From an uncultured Gemmatimonadales bacterium (GTDB lineage: Bacteria > Gemmatimonadota > Gemmatimonadetes > Longimicrobiales > Gaopeijiaceae): 64,000 bases of DNA. Positions 20,588 to 31,095 of the stretch are shown piece after piece. A program made the translations under genes and the position numbers. Under the pieces are notes generated by a model. That model was given only the letters and a program-made list of their open reading frames with translations. It was not told the origin of the DNA and did not search any database. Within the stretch, counting starts at the first letter, position 1. Each line of letters begins with the position of its first letter. Location of the stretch: NCBI GenBank assembly GCA_963809895.1, contig CAWELD010000010.1, positions 1,164,862 to 1,228,861 of the forward strand. Reading direction: 5' to 3'.

Positions 20588-22060
20588 ATGTCGGATCGCC
20601 GGGTCCCCCCTCGCCCCAGGCGCGAGGCGCGAGTCCAGAATGAGACCCGCGCCCGACCGCAGGCGAATCTCCCGGCGGCACCGGCCTTCGCCGGCATGGC
20701 TCGGGTCCTTCTCCTCGCTGCCGCTGACGGCCTGGCCCTGCTTCTTGCCGGCGCCGCGGCCTTCCTTCTCTGGGCACATGCCGTCCGCCACCAACCGGCC
20801 TCCGTCTACCTGCCGGTGGCGCCTGTGGTGCTGCTGGTGATTCTCGGCTACGCCCAGGCAGGTCTGTATCCCGGCTTCGGACTCGGCCCCGTGGAGAAGC
20901 TCCGGCGCTATTCGCTCGTCACTGCCACCGCCTTCCTGGCTCTTGCCGCTCTGACCTTTGCCCTGAAGCTCCCGGCCCAGTACTCGCGTGTGACGCTGAC
21001 GCTGGCCATGGTCCTGAGCTTCTTCGTCGTGCCGGCGATGCGGTGGGCGGCGCAGCGGATCGGGCGCCGTTTCTCGTGGTGGCCGGAGCCGGTTCTTCTG
21101 ATCGGTGAGGGTCGGCGAACCGAGCTCGCACAGCGGGTGCTCGACGGCGCCGGCGGAGAATTTCGCGCGGTGGGGATCGTGACGACGAGTGATGATGTCG
21201 TCTCGGACCTTCCGGTGCTGGGCTCCCTGGACGAGTTGGAGAGCGTCAATCGCACCGGGGTCAGGATGGCCTTTGCCGACCTCCCCAGGGCTCAAGCCGA
21301 CGAAGCCCTGGACCGACTGCGTGCGGCCTTTCCTCGGCTGATCATCCTCAGCGACTTCCAGGCGCTTCCCGTCGAAGGCGTACAGGTGCGCAATCTCGGC
21401 CGGGTCCTGGGTCTGGAATACGGCAACAACCTGCTGCGCCGTCAGAGCCGTTGGGTGAAGCGCACCATCGACATCCTGGTGGGCGGCGTGGCGTTCCTGT
21501 TGGCACTCCCGCTGATGGGGCTGGCCATGGTGGCCGTGAAGCTGCTCAGTCCGGGGCCGGCGCTCTTCCTGCAGGAGCGCGAAGGTCGGCACGGTCGCAC
21601 CATCCGCGTGCCGAAGATCCGCACGATGGTGGCGGATGCCGAGGAGCGTATGGAGGAGATCCTGGAGACCGATCCGGCGATCCGCGAGGAGTGGAATTCA
21701 GGCTTCAAGCTCCGCCAGGATCCGCGCATCATCCCCGGAATCGGGCGCTGGCTTCGACGCTTCAGCATCGACGAGCTCCCGCAGCTCTGGAGCGTGCTGA
21801 CGGGTGACATGAGTCTGGTGGGCCCGCGGCCCTTTCCGGCGTATCATCTGGAGGCGTTGAGCGAGCGCTCCCGCGCGCTCCGGTCGCAGGTGCGTCCGGG
21901 CCTCACGGGTCTCTGGCAGATCGAGGCCCGCGGCGTCGCCGATGCCCAGACCCAGCAATCCCACGACATCTACTACATCCGCAACTGGTCGCTCTGGTTG
22001 GACCTCTACATTCTCGGCTGGACGATCTTCACCGTGCTCTCGGGGCGTGGTGCGTACTGA
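20588..22060 (+). CDS. wbaP: Undecaprenyl-phosphate glycosyl-1-phosphate transferase (WbaP-like)
   Basis: N-terminal TMs, KRTID, KIRTM, DPRI, SIDELPQL, GDMSLVGPRP, RPGLTGLWQ, YIRNWSLWLD, GAY. Confidence 0.88.
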   Translation: MSDRRVPPRPRREARVQNETRARPQANLPAAPAFAGMARVLLLAAADGLALLLAGAAAFLLWAHAVRHQPASVYLPVAPVVLLVILGYAQAGLYPGFGLGPVEKLRRYSLVTATAFLALAALTFALKLPAQYSRVTLTLAMVLSFFVVPAMRWAAQRIGRRFSWWPEPVLLIGEGRRTELAQRVLDGAGGEFRAVGIVTTSDDVVSDLPVLGSLDELESVNRTGVRMAFADLPRAQADEALDRLRAAFPRLIILSDFQALPVEGVQVRNLGRVLGLEYGNNLLRRQSRWVKRTIDILVGGVAFLLALPLMGLAMVAVKLLSPGPALFLQEREGRHGRTIRVPKIRTMVADAEERMEEILETDPAIREEWNSGFKLRQDPRIIPGIGRWLRRFSIDELPQLWSVLTGDMSLVGPRPFPAYHLEALSERSRALRSQVRPGLTGLWQIEARGVADAQTQQSHDIYYIRNWSLWLDLYILGWTIFTVLSGRGAY

Positions 22061-23777
22061 GCGTTCTCTCGACGCCCACTCGAAGCCGAGCCCGTTGGCC
22101 CGGTGGGCGAGAGGGGCGTTGCTCGCGCTGCTGTTGGTGGTGGCCTTGGCTCACATTGCCTCGGTCTTCACGCTGAACGTGAACTGGGACGAGTTCGCGC
22201 TCCTGGATCGCGCGGAGCGCAGCTTGCAGACCGGTAGCGTCCTGGGTGGGGGTCGACCTGGCCTGGGCACCATGGTCATGATGCCCTTTGCCGCGGGTTG
22301 TCGCGACGCGCTTCGCGCATTGCTGCGAGCCAGACTCCTGTGGTGCGCGGTCGTACTCGCCGCCGCCGGCGCGTATTGGGGCCTGCTCGGGAGAATGCTC
22401 CCGACGTCGGGGAATCGCTGGAGCGCCGCCGCCACAGGGCTCGGACTCTGGGTGCTGGCGCCGGACTTCCTGCGGCACTCTCTGGAGGTACGCACCGATC
22501 AGCCCGCGATCCTCTTCGGACTCCTCGGGGGTCTGGGCTTGCTGGCGTCGGTCCGGCGGACCTGGTGGGCGCTGGTGGGCGGGGGCCTCCTCGGGATCGG
22601 ATTCCTCTTTTCGCAGAAGCTCTTGTACGTCGCGGGCCTGGTGGGCGTGCTCACGGTCGGCGATGTCCTCATGCGGTCCGACCTCGATGCGGCGCGCGAG
22701 CTGAAACGGGCCGTTCTCGCGCTGTCAGGGATGTTGCTGGTGGTTTTCGGCTTTCGGGGGGTGCTCGATCTCCTTTCGTCGCCGCCGTCGGCGATCCTCC
22801 CTGTATCCAGCGCCCTGAACACCTTCGCGTTCTACGGCGAGGTGGTGGGATGGCGCCAGTACCGGAGCATGCTCCCGCTGCTGCTCCCGCAGGTCATCGT
22901 GCTCGGTGTCCTGCTCATCGTCACCATCGACTGGGCGAGGAGGCCTGGGCGGCATGGTGCGGAGATTCTCACCGCTTGGGGCGTCCTCGCGCTGGGCGTT
23001 GCGGTGGCCATCTTCCACAAGGGGCGCTTCCCGTACTTCTACCTGGTCCTGGGCCTCTTTCCCGCCACCATCGGTGCCCTCGTGACCGGGCCCATGCTGG
23101 AGCGCCTGGACAGGTCCGCCGAACGGGTGGCCTATCTGGCCGTCGTGTGGGCCCCGCTGGTGCTGGTAGGCTTCATGCAGACGGCGCTTCTGACCGAGGA
23201 TACGCAGGGACGACAAGCAGAAGCCCTGGCATTCATCGACCGGAACCTCGCCCTACCGGCGCGGGGCTTCGACAGCTACGGGATCCTGAGCTGCCGTCAC
23301 CAGCCCGACCGCTTCAAGGTGCGATTCGGAGAGCAGGTCAGGGCCGATTTCACTGGCCAGGAGGGCGCCGCCAACATCCAGGACATGCTGCGCGAGTTCC
23401 GGACGCGCGCGGTCGTCTTCATGATTCCGCCGTACCATCCCCAGATCTATCCGTCGGCCATCACCGGCTTCTGGGCCAGTCACTACGCGCCGTACCGAGC
23501 GGGAGTGTGGGTCGCGGGCCGGGGACTGGCAGGGCCGCCGGGCTTTGGTACCACCTTCGAGGCCCTCGCGGATGCGGACTATCGTTGGCTTCCTGACTCC
23601 ACCAGGAGCGGTGTCCCCCTCGACGTAGACGGCCGGCTCCTGGACCCGGGCGACTCGATCCGGATCGATGCCGGCCGGCATGATCTGGCGCTGCCCGAAG
23701 GCGGCAAGGGCCTCTTCGTGCTCCGTCTGGACGATCCCCCGGCGCCCCTGGCCATGTCGTTCTTCTGGCCGTTCTGA
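22050..23777 (+). CDS. Polytopic membrane protein, possible GT-C glycosyltransferase or polymerase
   Basis: NWDE and EVRTD motifs, many TM helices, soluble C-terminus; start is approximate. Confidence 0.55.
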   Translation: MRTERSLDAHSKPSPLARWARGALLALLLVVALAHIASVFTLNVNWDEFALLDRAERSLQTGSVLGGGRPGLGTMVMMPFAAGCRDALRALLRARLLWCAVVLAAAGAYWGLLGRMLPTSGNRWSAAATGLGLWVLAPDFLRHSLEVRTDQPAILFGLLGGLGLLASVRRTWWALVGGGLLGIGFLFSQKLLYVAGLVGVLTVGDVLMRSDLDAARELKRAVLALSGMLLVVFGFRGVLDLLSSPPSAILPVSSALNTFAFYGEVVGWRQYRSMLPLLLPQVIVLGVLLIVTIDWARRPGRHGAEILTAWGVLALGVAVAIFHKGRFPYFYLVLGLFPATIGALVTGPMLERLDRSAERVAYLAVVWAPLVLVGFMQTALLTEDTQGRQAEALAFIDRNLALPARGFDSYGILSCRHQPDRFKVRFGEQVRADFTGQEGAANIQDMLREFRTRAVVFMIPPYHPQIYPSAITGFWASHYAPYRAGVWVAGRGLAGPPGFGTTFEALADADYRWLPDSTRSGVPLDVDGRLLDPGDSIRIDAGRHDLALPEGGKGLFVLRLDDPPAPLAMSFFWPF

Positions 23778-23789
23778 GCGCCACCCGCC

Positions 23790-24954
23790 TCACGCCAGCG
23801 TCTTGCGGAACCTCCGATTCGCGGCCCACAGCCCGCCACCGGCCATGGCCGCCAGGACCGTGAACTGCACCCAGAGATCCTGAATCCCCGAGCCCTTGAG
23901 GAAGATGCCGCGCACGACCTCGAGGAAGTGGCGCAGCGGGTTGGCCAGGGTGAGGATCTGGAAGAGGCGCGGCATGGTCTCCACGGGATACAGGAACCCG
24001 GAGAGGATGATGGTGGGGAGGATGAAGAGGAACATCCCCAGGAACGCCTCCTGCTGGGTGTTGGAGACCGTGGACAGCAGGAGTCCCACGGAGAGCCCGG
24101 CCAGGATGAAGAGGAAGGAGGCCAGGAGAAGTGCCGCCACCGAGCCGCGCAGGGGGATGCCGAACCAGAGGAGCGCCACCGCGGTCACGAGCGCGAGCTG
24201 CACCAGGGCGATCCCCGCCACGGGCAGCGTCTTGCCCAGCATGAGCTCCGACGGCGCCAGCGGCGACACCAGGAGCTGATCCAGGGTCCCCATCTCCCGC
24301 TCCCGCACCACCCCCATGGCGGTGAGCAGGAGGCACATGAGGAGCACGATCACGCCGATCACGGCCGGCACGTTGTAGACGCGGCTGGCCAGGCTGGGGT
24401 TGAACCACGCCCGTGCCCGCAGGTCCACGCCGCCTGCGGGCAGGACGGCGCCGCTCTGCACCGCCAGCCGGCGGCCCACGTCGGAGAGGATGCGCAGCGC
24501 GTAGCCCTGCGCCACGGTGGCGGTGTTGGAGTTGGTGCCGTCCAGCAGGACCTGCACGGCAGGCTCCCGCCCCGCCTTCAGGTCGGCCGAGAATCCCTGG
24601 GGGATCCACAGCCCCAGCTTCGGCGTCGCCCCGGTCCAGCGCGTCGCCCAACGACGAGGGATCGTCGCTCCGGCCCGCGACCCGGAAGTGCCCGGACGCG
24701 GTGAAGGCGTCGAGCAGGAAGCGGGACTCGGCGGTGCGATCCTGGTCCACCACCCAGGTGTCGGCCCGGCGCACGTCGGTGTTGACCGCGTAGCCGAACA
24801 GGATGAGCTGGATGACCGGCGAGACGAAGATGATGCGCTTGGTCTTGGGGTCGCGGAAGATCTGGCGCAGCTCCTTGCGCACCAGCGCCCGCACCCGGCC
24901 CGCCCGCTCCCGGAGCGTGGGCCGCCCATTGCCGTTCTTCGGACGCACGGTCAC
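23790..24954 (-). CDS. ABC-2 permease (YbhR-like), one frameshift near 24620
   Basis: N-part VRKELRQIFRD...DALDRGDAE in one frame; C-part LGLWIPQGF...REREMGTLDQLLVSP...LSGFLYPVETMP in another. Confidence 0.8.
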
Positions 24955-26063
24955 AGCTCCTTCCGGAAGAATCGGGTCGCGAGGCCCAGCCCCAGCGCGG
25001 CGAAGACCGCCATGAAGACGCCCTGGACCCAGAGCACCTCCAGTCCCACGCCCTTGAGGAAGATCCCCCGGGTCACGGTGATGTAGTAGCGGGCCGGAAT
25101 GAGGTAGGTGACGGCCCGGAGCACCGGGGGCATGGAGGCGATGTCGAAGAGGAATCCCGAGAGCAGCACCGCCGGCAGGTAGGTGGCCACCATGGCGATC
25201 TGCGTGGCCAGCACCTGCGACTTCACCGCCGCCGAGATGAACATCCCGAATCCCAACGCCCCGATGAGGAACAGCAGCGTGAGGAGCGCCAGCTCGGGCA
25301 CGCTCCCGTTGAGGGGTGTGCCGAAGATGACCATCCCGGCGACCACCGTGACCGCCACGTCCACGACGCCGATGAGCACGTAGGGCAGGATCTTTCCGAG
25401 CACCACCTCGAGGCGGCTGACGGGCGTGGAGGCGAGCTGCTCCATGGTGCCCCGCTCCCACTCGCGGGCGATGGTGAGGGCGGTGAGCATGGCGGCGATG
25501 ATGGACATGATCACCGCCACCAGCCCGGGCACGATCATGTTGCGGGATTCCAGCGTGGGATTGTACCAGACCCGGCTCTCTACCCGGAGCGGCGCCCGCC
25601 GCTCGCGCCCGTCGAGGATGGCGTTCTGCGCGTAGCGGGCGACGATGGCCTCGCCGTAGTTGAGGGCGATGGTGGCGGTGTTGGCGTCGCTGCCGTCGAC
25701 CAGGAGCTGCAACGGGGCCTGCTTGCCGGACCTCAGCAGCTTGGTGAAGTCCGGGGGGATCACCAGCACGCCACGCACCTTGCCCTGCACCAGAAGCCTG
25801 TCCGCGGCCCGGGGTGTGGGCGGCCGGTCCGTGACCCGGAAGTAGCCCGTCGCTTCGAACGCCTCCACGAGCCGGCGGGTGCTGGCGGTCGCGTCGTGAT
25901 CCACCACGGCCAGCGACAGATCCTCCACATCCCAGGTGATGGCGTAGCCGAAGAACAGGAGCAGGAAGAGCGGGAGCACGAAGGCCAGGATCATGCTCCG
26001 GGGATCCCGCTTGAGCTGGATCCACTCCTTGCGAGCCATGGCGAGCAGGCGCGTGGCGTTCAT
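24951..26063 (-). CDS. ABC-2 permease (YbhS-like)
   Basis: KEWIQLKRD, VDGSDANTA, AREWERGTMEQL, LSGFLFDIASMP. Confidence 0.9.
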   Translation of the reverse strand: MNATRLLAMARKEWIQLKRDPRSMILAFVLPLFLLLFFGYAITWDVEDLSLAVVDHDATASTRRLVEAFEATGYFRVTDRPPTPRAADRLLVQGKVRGVLVIPPDFTKLLRSGKQAPLQLLVDGSDANTATIALNYGEAIVARYAQNAILDGRERRAPLRVESRVWYNPTLESRNMIVPGLVAVIMSIIAAMLTALTIAREWERGTMEQLASTPVSRLEVVLGKILPYVLIGVVDVAVTVVAGMVIFGTPLNGSVPELALLTLLFLIGALGFGMFISAAVKSQVLATQIAMVATYLPAVLLSGFLFDIASMPPVLRAVTYLIPARYYITVTRGIFLKGVGLEVLWVQGVFMAVFAALGLGLATRFFRKEL

Positions 26064-27001
26064 CCTTCCGCCGCTCCTCCCTCGCGCCGCACCAGCGACA
26101 CGAAGACGTCTTCCAGCGAAGGGCGCACCTCCAGGATCTGCTCCACGCTGGCGCCGCCCTCGCGGAGCGTCCGCTCGATCGTGCGCCGTCCTTCGGCCTC
26201 CGAGGCCACCGCCACGTGCAGCTGCCGACCGAACAGGGTGGCGTCGACGATGCCCGGCGTGCCGTTCAGCATCTCGACGCCCCCTGGTCCGTCGTCGGTG
26301 CGCACCTCGAGGATGGGCTCGGTCATCTGGCTCCTGAGCCCCGCCGGAGTGTCCAGGGCGATGAGCCGGCCGCGGTTCATGAGCGCGAGTCGGCTGCAGT
26401 ACTCGGCCTCTTCCATGTAGTGGGTGGAGACGAAGACCGTGGTGCCGTGCGCCGCCAGGTCCGAGATGAGATCCCAGAAGCGTCGCCGGGCCACGGGATC
26501 CACGCCCGAGGTGGGCTCGTCCAGGAAGAGGATGGGCGGCTCGTGGACGAGGGCGCAGCCCAGGGCCAGCCGCTGCTTCCACCCCAACGGCAGATCCGCC
26601 GTCAGGTGGTCCGGTGCGTCCTGGAGCCTGGCCATCTCCAGGATCCAGCGGCGGCGCGCGTCCAGGCGCTCGCCCTGCACGGCGTAGAGGCCGGCGAAGA
26701 GCTCGATGTTCTCGGCCACCGTGAGGTCGGGGTAGAGCGAGAACTTCTGGGACATGTAGCCGATGCGCCGGCGGATGGCAGGGTGCTCGGTGCGGATGTC
26801 GTGGCCGGCGACCCGGCCCTCGCCGTCGCTCGGATCCAGGAGGCCCGTGAGCATCTTGATGGTGGTGGTCTTGCCGGCCCCGTTGGGTCCCAGGAAGCCG
26901 AAGATCTCACCACGTTCCACCTCGAAGCTGACCCGGTCCACGGCCGTGAAGTCGCCGAAGCGTCGCGTGAGGTTCTTCACCTCGACGGCGTACTCGCTCA
27001 C
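26060..27001 (-). CDS. ABC transporter ATP-binding protein (YbhF second-half-like)
   Basis: GPNGAGKTT, GYMSQKFSLY, LPLGWKQRL, LDEPTSGVD, THYMEEAE; GTG start. Confidence 0.92.
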   Translation of the reverse strand: MSEYAVEVKNLTRRFGDFTAVDRVSFEVERGEIFGFLGPNGAGKTTTIKMLTGLLDPSDGEGRVAGHDIRTEHPAIRRRIGYMSQKFSLYPDLTVAENIELFAGLYAVQGERLDARRRWILEMARLQDAPDHLTADLPLGWKQRLALGCALVHEPPILFLDEPTSGVDPVARRRFWDLISDLAAHGTTVFVSTHYMEEAEYCSRLALMNRGRLIALDTPAGLRSQMTEPILEVRTDDGPGGVEMLNGTPGIVDATLFGRQLHVAVASEAEGRRTIERTLREGGASVEQILEVRPSLEDVFVSLVRREGGAAEG

Positions 27002-28104
27002 GACCTCTCCTCGGGGGATTGCGCGGCTTCGGAGGCCTCCGCAGCCTTCGCGGCCCCCGGGGATTCCGCGGCTTCGGCCACACGGTGGATGAACACGTCC
27101 TCCAGCGTGGGCTCGATCTCGCGGGCCTCCAGGTCGGACGGGAGCGCGTCGCTCAGACGCCGGCGAACGTCGTCCCACGAGGCCTCGGGCTTCAGGAGGG
27201 CGTGCACGCTCTCGCCGAACAGGGTGGCGCGCTGGACGCCCGGGTCCTGGCGCAGGCGCTGCCTGAGGCCCCGGGGATCGGGAGGTCGGAGCTCCACGAG
27301 ACGGCCGGGCAGCGACGCCTGGAGGTGGCTCGGTGTGTCCAGCGCCATGAGCCGACCCTCGTGGAGGAGGGCCACCCGGTCGCAGCGCTCGGCCTCGTCC
27401 AGGTACGAGGTGGACACCAGCACCGTCGTTCCCTGGGCCACCATCTCGTGGAGGATCAGCCAGAGCTCCCGCCGCGAGATGGGATCCACCCCGAAGGTGG
27501 GCTCGTCCAGCAGCAGGATCCTGGGTCGATGGATGAGGCTGCAGGACAGCGCGAGCTTCTGCTTCATGCCTCCCGAGAGCGCGCCCGCGAGGCGATCCGC
27601 GAACTCGCCGAGGCGCGAGAAGCGGTAGAGTCGCTGCAGGCGCTCGGGGCGCTGCCAGCGGGGCACCCGGAAGAGGTCGGCGTAGAAGTGGAGGTTCTCC
27701 TCCACGGTGAGGTCCTCGTAGAGCCCGAAGCGCTGCGCCATGTAGGCGATGTGGGGCTTCACGCCCTCGGGATCGTCGGCCACGGAGATGCCCGCCACCT
27801 CGGCATCGCCGCTGCTGGGCGACAGGACGCCGGCCAGCATGCGGAGCGTCGTGGTCTTGCCGGCGCCGTCAGGCCCCACCAGGCCGAAGAGCTCTCCGGC
27901 CTTCACGCTCAGGGAGAGGCCGTCGACGGCGGTGGTGGCGCCGAAACGGCGGGTGAGCTCGCGCAGCGTGACGGTTCCGGGCACCCGGGGCTCGTCGGGC
28001 AGCGCGGTGCGGCGGTGCGGCGTGGTGGCGCGCGTGGCGCCGCCCTGGCCGCGGCCGTCGGAGCGCTCGGAGCCCTCGGAGGCGTCGGAGGCGTTGGAGG
28101 TCAC
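26998..28104 (-). CDS. ABC transporter ATP-binding protein (YbhF first-half-like)
   Basis: GPDGAGKTT, LSGGMKQKL, LDEPTFGVD, STSYLDEAE; start approximate. Confidence 0.9.
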   Translation of the reverse strand: MTSNASDASEGSERSDGRGQGGATRATTPHRRTALPDEPRVPGTVTLRELTRRFGATTAVDGLSLSVKAGELFGLVGPDGAGKTTTLRMLAGVLSPSSGDAEVAGISVADDPEGVKPHIAYMAQRFGLYEDLTVEENLHFYADLFRVPRWQRPERLQRLYRFSRLGEFADRLAGALSGGMKQKLALSCSLIHRPRILLLDEPTFGVDPISRRELWLILHEMVAQGTTVLVSTSYLDEAERCDRVALLHEGRLMALDTPSHLQASLPGRLVELRPPDPRGLRQRLRQDPGVQRATLFGESVHALLKPEASWDDVRRRLSDALPSDLEAREIEPTLEDVFIHRVAEAAESPGAAKAAEASEAAQSPEERS

Positions 28105-29093
28105 GCCCCGTTCTCCAGCCGCACGTCGGCGGGGAGGCCCGGCTTGAGCGCCAGCGCCTCGTCGTCCACCACCTGCACCTTCACCGGGTAGACGAGCTGG
28201 GTGCGCTCGTCGGGGGTCTGCACGTTGCGGGGCGTGAACTCGGCCTCGCTGCCGATGAAGACCACCCGTCCGCGGAAGGTCCGATCGGGGAGAGCGTCGA
28301 TGTGGATGTCCGCCTCCTGCCCGAGGGACACCCGTCCGATCCGGTCCTCGCGCACGTAGATGCGCACCCAACGGTCGTTCGGGTCCATGAGGGTGAGTAC
28401 CGGTGCGCCGGGCGCCACCACCTCACCGGGTTCCCGGTGACGCACGGTGACCAACCCTGCCCGGGGCGCGATCAGAACCGTCTGGTCCAGGGTGGCCCGG
28501 GTGCGGTCGGCGGTGGCCTGCGCCTGGCGGAGCAGGGCGCGCTGGGCCTGAATGGTCTCGGCCCGCGGTCCTTCCTGGGCGAGCGCCAGGGCTTGTTCGG
28601 CCTGTTCGCGCGTGGCGCTGGCCGATTCCAGGGCGGTTTCGGCCTGGTCCAACGCCTGATCCGACACCGCGCCGCCCTGGTGCAGACGGCGGGCCCGTTC
28701 GGCGTTGCTGCGCGCTTCGTCCTCGCGTCTCCGGGCCGCTGCGAGCGCGGCCTGGGCGCTGGCGATCTCCTGGGGCCGGGTGCCCCGCTCCAGCTCCTGC
28801 AGGCGGGCGGCGGCGGCGGCGCTCTGGGCTTCGGTGGCGTCCAGCGCCGCCCGGATCTCCTGATCGTCGAGCCGGGCCAGCGTGTCGCCGGCCTGGACGC
28901 GGTCGCCCTCGCGGGGGCTCACCCCGACGATGCGTCCCGGAAGCTGAAAGCCCAGATCGGCCTCGGTGGCCTCCACGGTGCCCGACGCTTCCAGGGCGCC
29001 ACTGTTGCCGCCGTCTCGGCCGAATGCCCACCAGAGGGCGCCGGCCACGGCGACCACCACGACCACGAGTCCCACGATGCGTATGCGCTTCAC
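28101..29093 (-). CDS. HlyD family membrane fusion protein (YbhG-like)
   Basis: N-terminal TM, ASGTVEA, EGDRV, coiled region, EAEFTPRNVQT, LKPGLPAD. Confidence 0.9.
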   Translation of the reverse strand: MKRIRIVGLVVVVVAVAGALWWAFGRDGGNSGALEASGTVEATEADLGFQLPGRIVGVSPREGDRVQAGDTLARLDDQEIRAALDATEAQSAAAAARLQELERGTRPQEIASAQAALAAARRREDEARSNAERARRLHQGGAVSDQALDQAETALESASATREQAEQALALAQEGPRAETIQAQRALLRQAQATADRTRATLDQTVLIAPRAGLVTVRHREPGEVVAPGAPVLTLMDPNDRWVRIYVREDRIGRVSLGQEADIHIDALPDRTFRGRVVFIGSEAEFTPRNVQTPDERTQLVYPVKVQVVDDEALALKPGLPADVRLENGA

Positions 29094-30412
29094 GGCTGGT
29101 CCTCCAGCAGACGTTCGATCCAGTTCATGTCCAACGTGCCCACGGCACGGGCCCACGCGATGCGGGAGAGCAGGACGGAGCGGCGTGCTTCGGCCAGCCC
29201 GGCCCGTGCCTGGTAGAGCCCCGCTTCGGCGCGCAGAAAGTCCGTCTGCACGCCCGATCCCTCGTCCAGCGCCAACCGCTCCACCCGGGCCAGCTCCTCG
29301 TAGCGGTCCACCGCCGCCTCCAGGGCGGTCATGCGGGCCCGGGCCTCGTCCTCACCCGTGCGGGCCGCATCGGCGGCCAGCGCGACCTGCTCCCGCGCGA
29401 TGTCGATGCGGGCTTCAGAGGCGCGACTCCGGGCGTTGGCGGCGTCGACGGCGCTGCGGCGGGCGCCCCCCGTGAAGAGCGGGTAGCTGATCCGAAGGCC
29501 TCCCTGCCACTCGCCGTTGGCGTCGGTGCTGCCACCGGCGTAGAGGTTGTAGCCGGCCGCAGCGTCGAGCTCCGGAAGCCAGGCGGCGCGGGCGACGTCC
29601 AGCTCGGCCCGGGCGGCGCGGGCCTGGCGCACCGCGGCGCGGACCGGGGGTGACGCGTCCACCAGGGAATCAGCGGGGCGTGCGGCGCCCGGGAGCCCGG
29701 GGTCGGCCAGAGGCGCGTCGCGGAGCTCCTGGGCCGGCTCGTCCAGGAGGCGGCCCAGGGTGGCGGCAGCCAACTCCAGCGCGCGCCGCGCACCTTCGCC
29801 GTCGGCCCGTACCTGCGCGAGCTCGGCTTCGGCCCTCAGGAGATCGAGACGCGGCGCGGTGCCCTCGTCCAGGAAGCGCTGGACGCGGGCGCGTTCCGCC
29901 TCCAGGGCGGCCTCGCGCCGGTCCTGGGCCTCGACCACGTCCCGGGCGGTGAGGAGCTGCAGATATGCCTGCGCAGTGCGCTCCACGAGTGCGGCCTCGG
30001 CTTCGGACAGCTGGGCCCGGGAGACGTTCTCCAGCGCCCGGGCCCGCGCCACCTCGGCGCCGCGCTTGCCGCCGTCGAAGATCGTATAGCGCAGCCCCAC
30101 CGTGCCCTGGATGAGCGTGCGGTCGAAGTCCGGCGCCTGCGTGATGTCGAAGGCGTGGATGGGCGCCACCACCATGGGCTCCTGGAAGCGCGTGGCCGCG
30201 CCCTGCAGCGAGAGCCCGGGCAGCCAGGCGGCCCGGGCAGCGCTCACCCCGGCGCCCGCCGCCTCGGTGGCGTCGCGTGCCGCCTCCACCGAGGGATGGA
30301 CCTCCAGCGCCCGGCGCACCACGTCGGCGAGGGTGCGTTCCTGGGCGCGGGCAGAGAGCGGCCACAAGGTCAGTACGAGCCCGCCCAGAGCGAGAGTGGA
30401 AAGGGATCTCAT
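29090..30412 (-). CDS. TolC family outer membrane protein
   Basis: Signal peptide, ARAAWLP twice, YTIFDGG and YPLFTGG repeats. Confidence 0.88.
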   Translation of the reverse strand: MRSLSTLALGGLVLTLWPLSARAQERTLADVVRRALEVHPSVEAARDATEAAGAGVSAARAAWLPGLSLQGAATRFQEPMVVAPIHAFDITQAPDFDRTLIQGTVGLRYTIFDGGKRGAEVARARALENVSRAQLSEAEAALVERTAQAYLQLLTARDVVEAQDRREAALEAERARVQRFLDEGTAPRLDLLRAEAELAQVRADGEGARRALELAAATLGRLLDEPAQELRDAPLADPGLPGAARPADSLVDASPPVRAAVRQARAARAELDVARAAWLPELDAAAGYNLYAGGSTDANGEWQGGLRISYPLFTGGARRSAVDAANARSRASEARIDIAREQVALAADAARTGEDEARARMTALEAAVDRYEELARVERLALDEGSGVQTDFLRAEAGLYQARAGLAEARRSVLLSRIAWARAVGTLDMNWIERLLEDQP

Positions 30413-31059
30413 GTCGTCTCCGAAGGTGCGGCGAGGGCCGCGGCGGCCACCGCCGCCACATGCTCCTCGAGTGCGGCCAGGTGGTCCGGCCCCATGGGGT
30501 CGTCGGCTCCCAGATGGGTGACAGCGCGCCGGACGAGGGCGAAGTAGACCGGTTGCGAGACCAGGCTCAGGGTGAGCCAGATGGGGTTGCCCTGCCGGAG
30601 CTCACCGCGCGCCTGACCGTCCTGGATCATGTCCACCAGGATCCGGGCCGTGCGTGACAACAGGTCCACCACCGGCGGCGGTGGTTGCTTGCCGGCCGCG
30701 ATCTCCTGCAGCAGAAGGTGCGGAAGGTCCGGATTGGCGGCGAGGTGCTCCACGTAGGCGCGGGCCACCCGCTTTACCCGCTCCGGACCCGAGGCGTCCA
30801 CCGCGACCGCCTTCTTCAGGCGGGGAAGGAGCGTGCCCAGGGCCTGTTCCAGGACCTCGCGATAGAGCCCTTCCTTGGACCCGAAGTGATAGGTCACGGC
30901 GCCCAGGTTGGCGCCGGCTTCGCGGGTGATGGCGCGGATCGACGCGCCGTCGTATCCGCGGCGCCCGAAGACGCGGCGGCCGGCCTCGAGAAGGGCGTCT
31001 CGCGTGGCTCGTCCGGGCTCGTCCGGAGGCGTGTCGGGGTCTACGTTGCGTTGATTCAT
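30409..31059 (-). CDS. TetR family regulator (CecR/YbiH-like)
   Basis: GYDGASIRAITREAGANLGAVTYHFGSKEGLY HTH; first gene of the efflux operon. Confidence 0.9.
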   Translation of the reverse strand: MNQRNVDPDTPPDEPGRATRDALLEAGRRVFGRRGYDGASIRAITREAGANLGAVTYHFGSKEGLYREVLEQALGTLLPRLKKAVAVDASGPERVKRVARAYVEHLAANPDLPHLLLQEIAAGKQPPPPVVDLLSRTARILVDMIQDGQARGELRQGNPIWLTLSLVSQPVYFALVRRAVTHLGADDPMGPDHLAALEEHVAAVAAAALAAPSETT

Positions 31060-31095
31060 ACGTTCGTATCATACACGATGCGAGCGGGGCGTCAA
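31056..31095 (-). promoter_or_regulatory. Sigma70-type promoter with overlapping palindromic operator
   Basis: TTGACG (31095-31090), 16-nt spacer, TATGAT (31073-31068), 8 nt, ATG; palindrome ATACG-TT-CGTAT spans the start region. Confidence 0.65.

Noticed and set aside
24610..24630. Programmed frameshift in the ybhR-like permease (likewise the M20 peptidase near 39512)
   Set aside because: No slippery heptamer or stimulatory structure; an indel error or mutation is more likely
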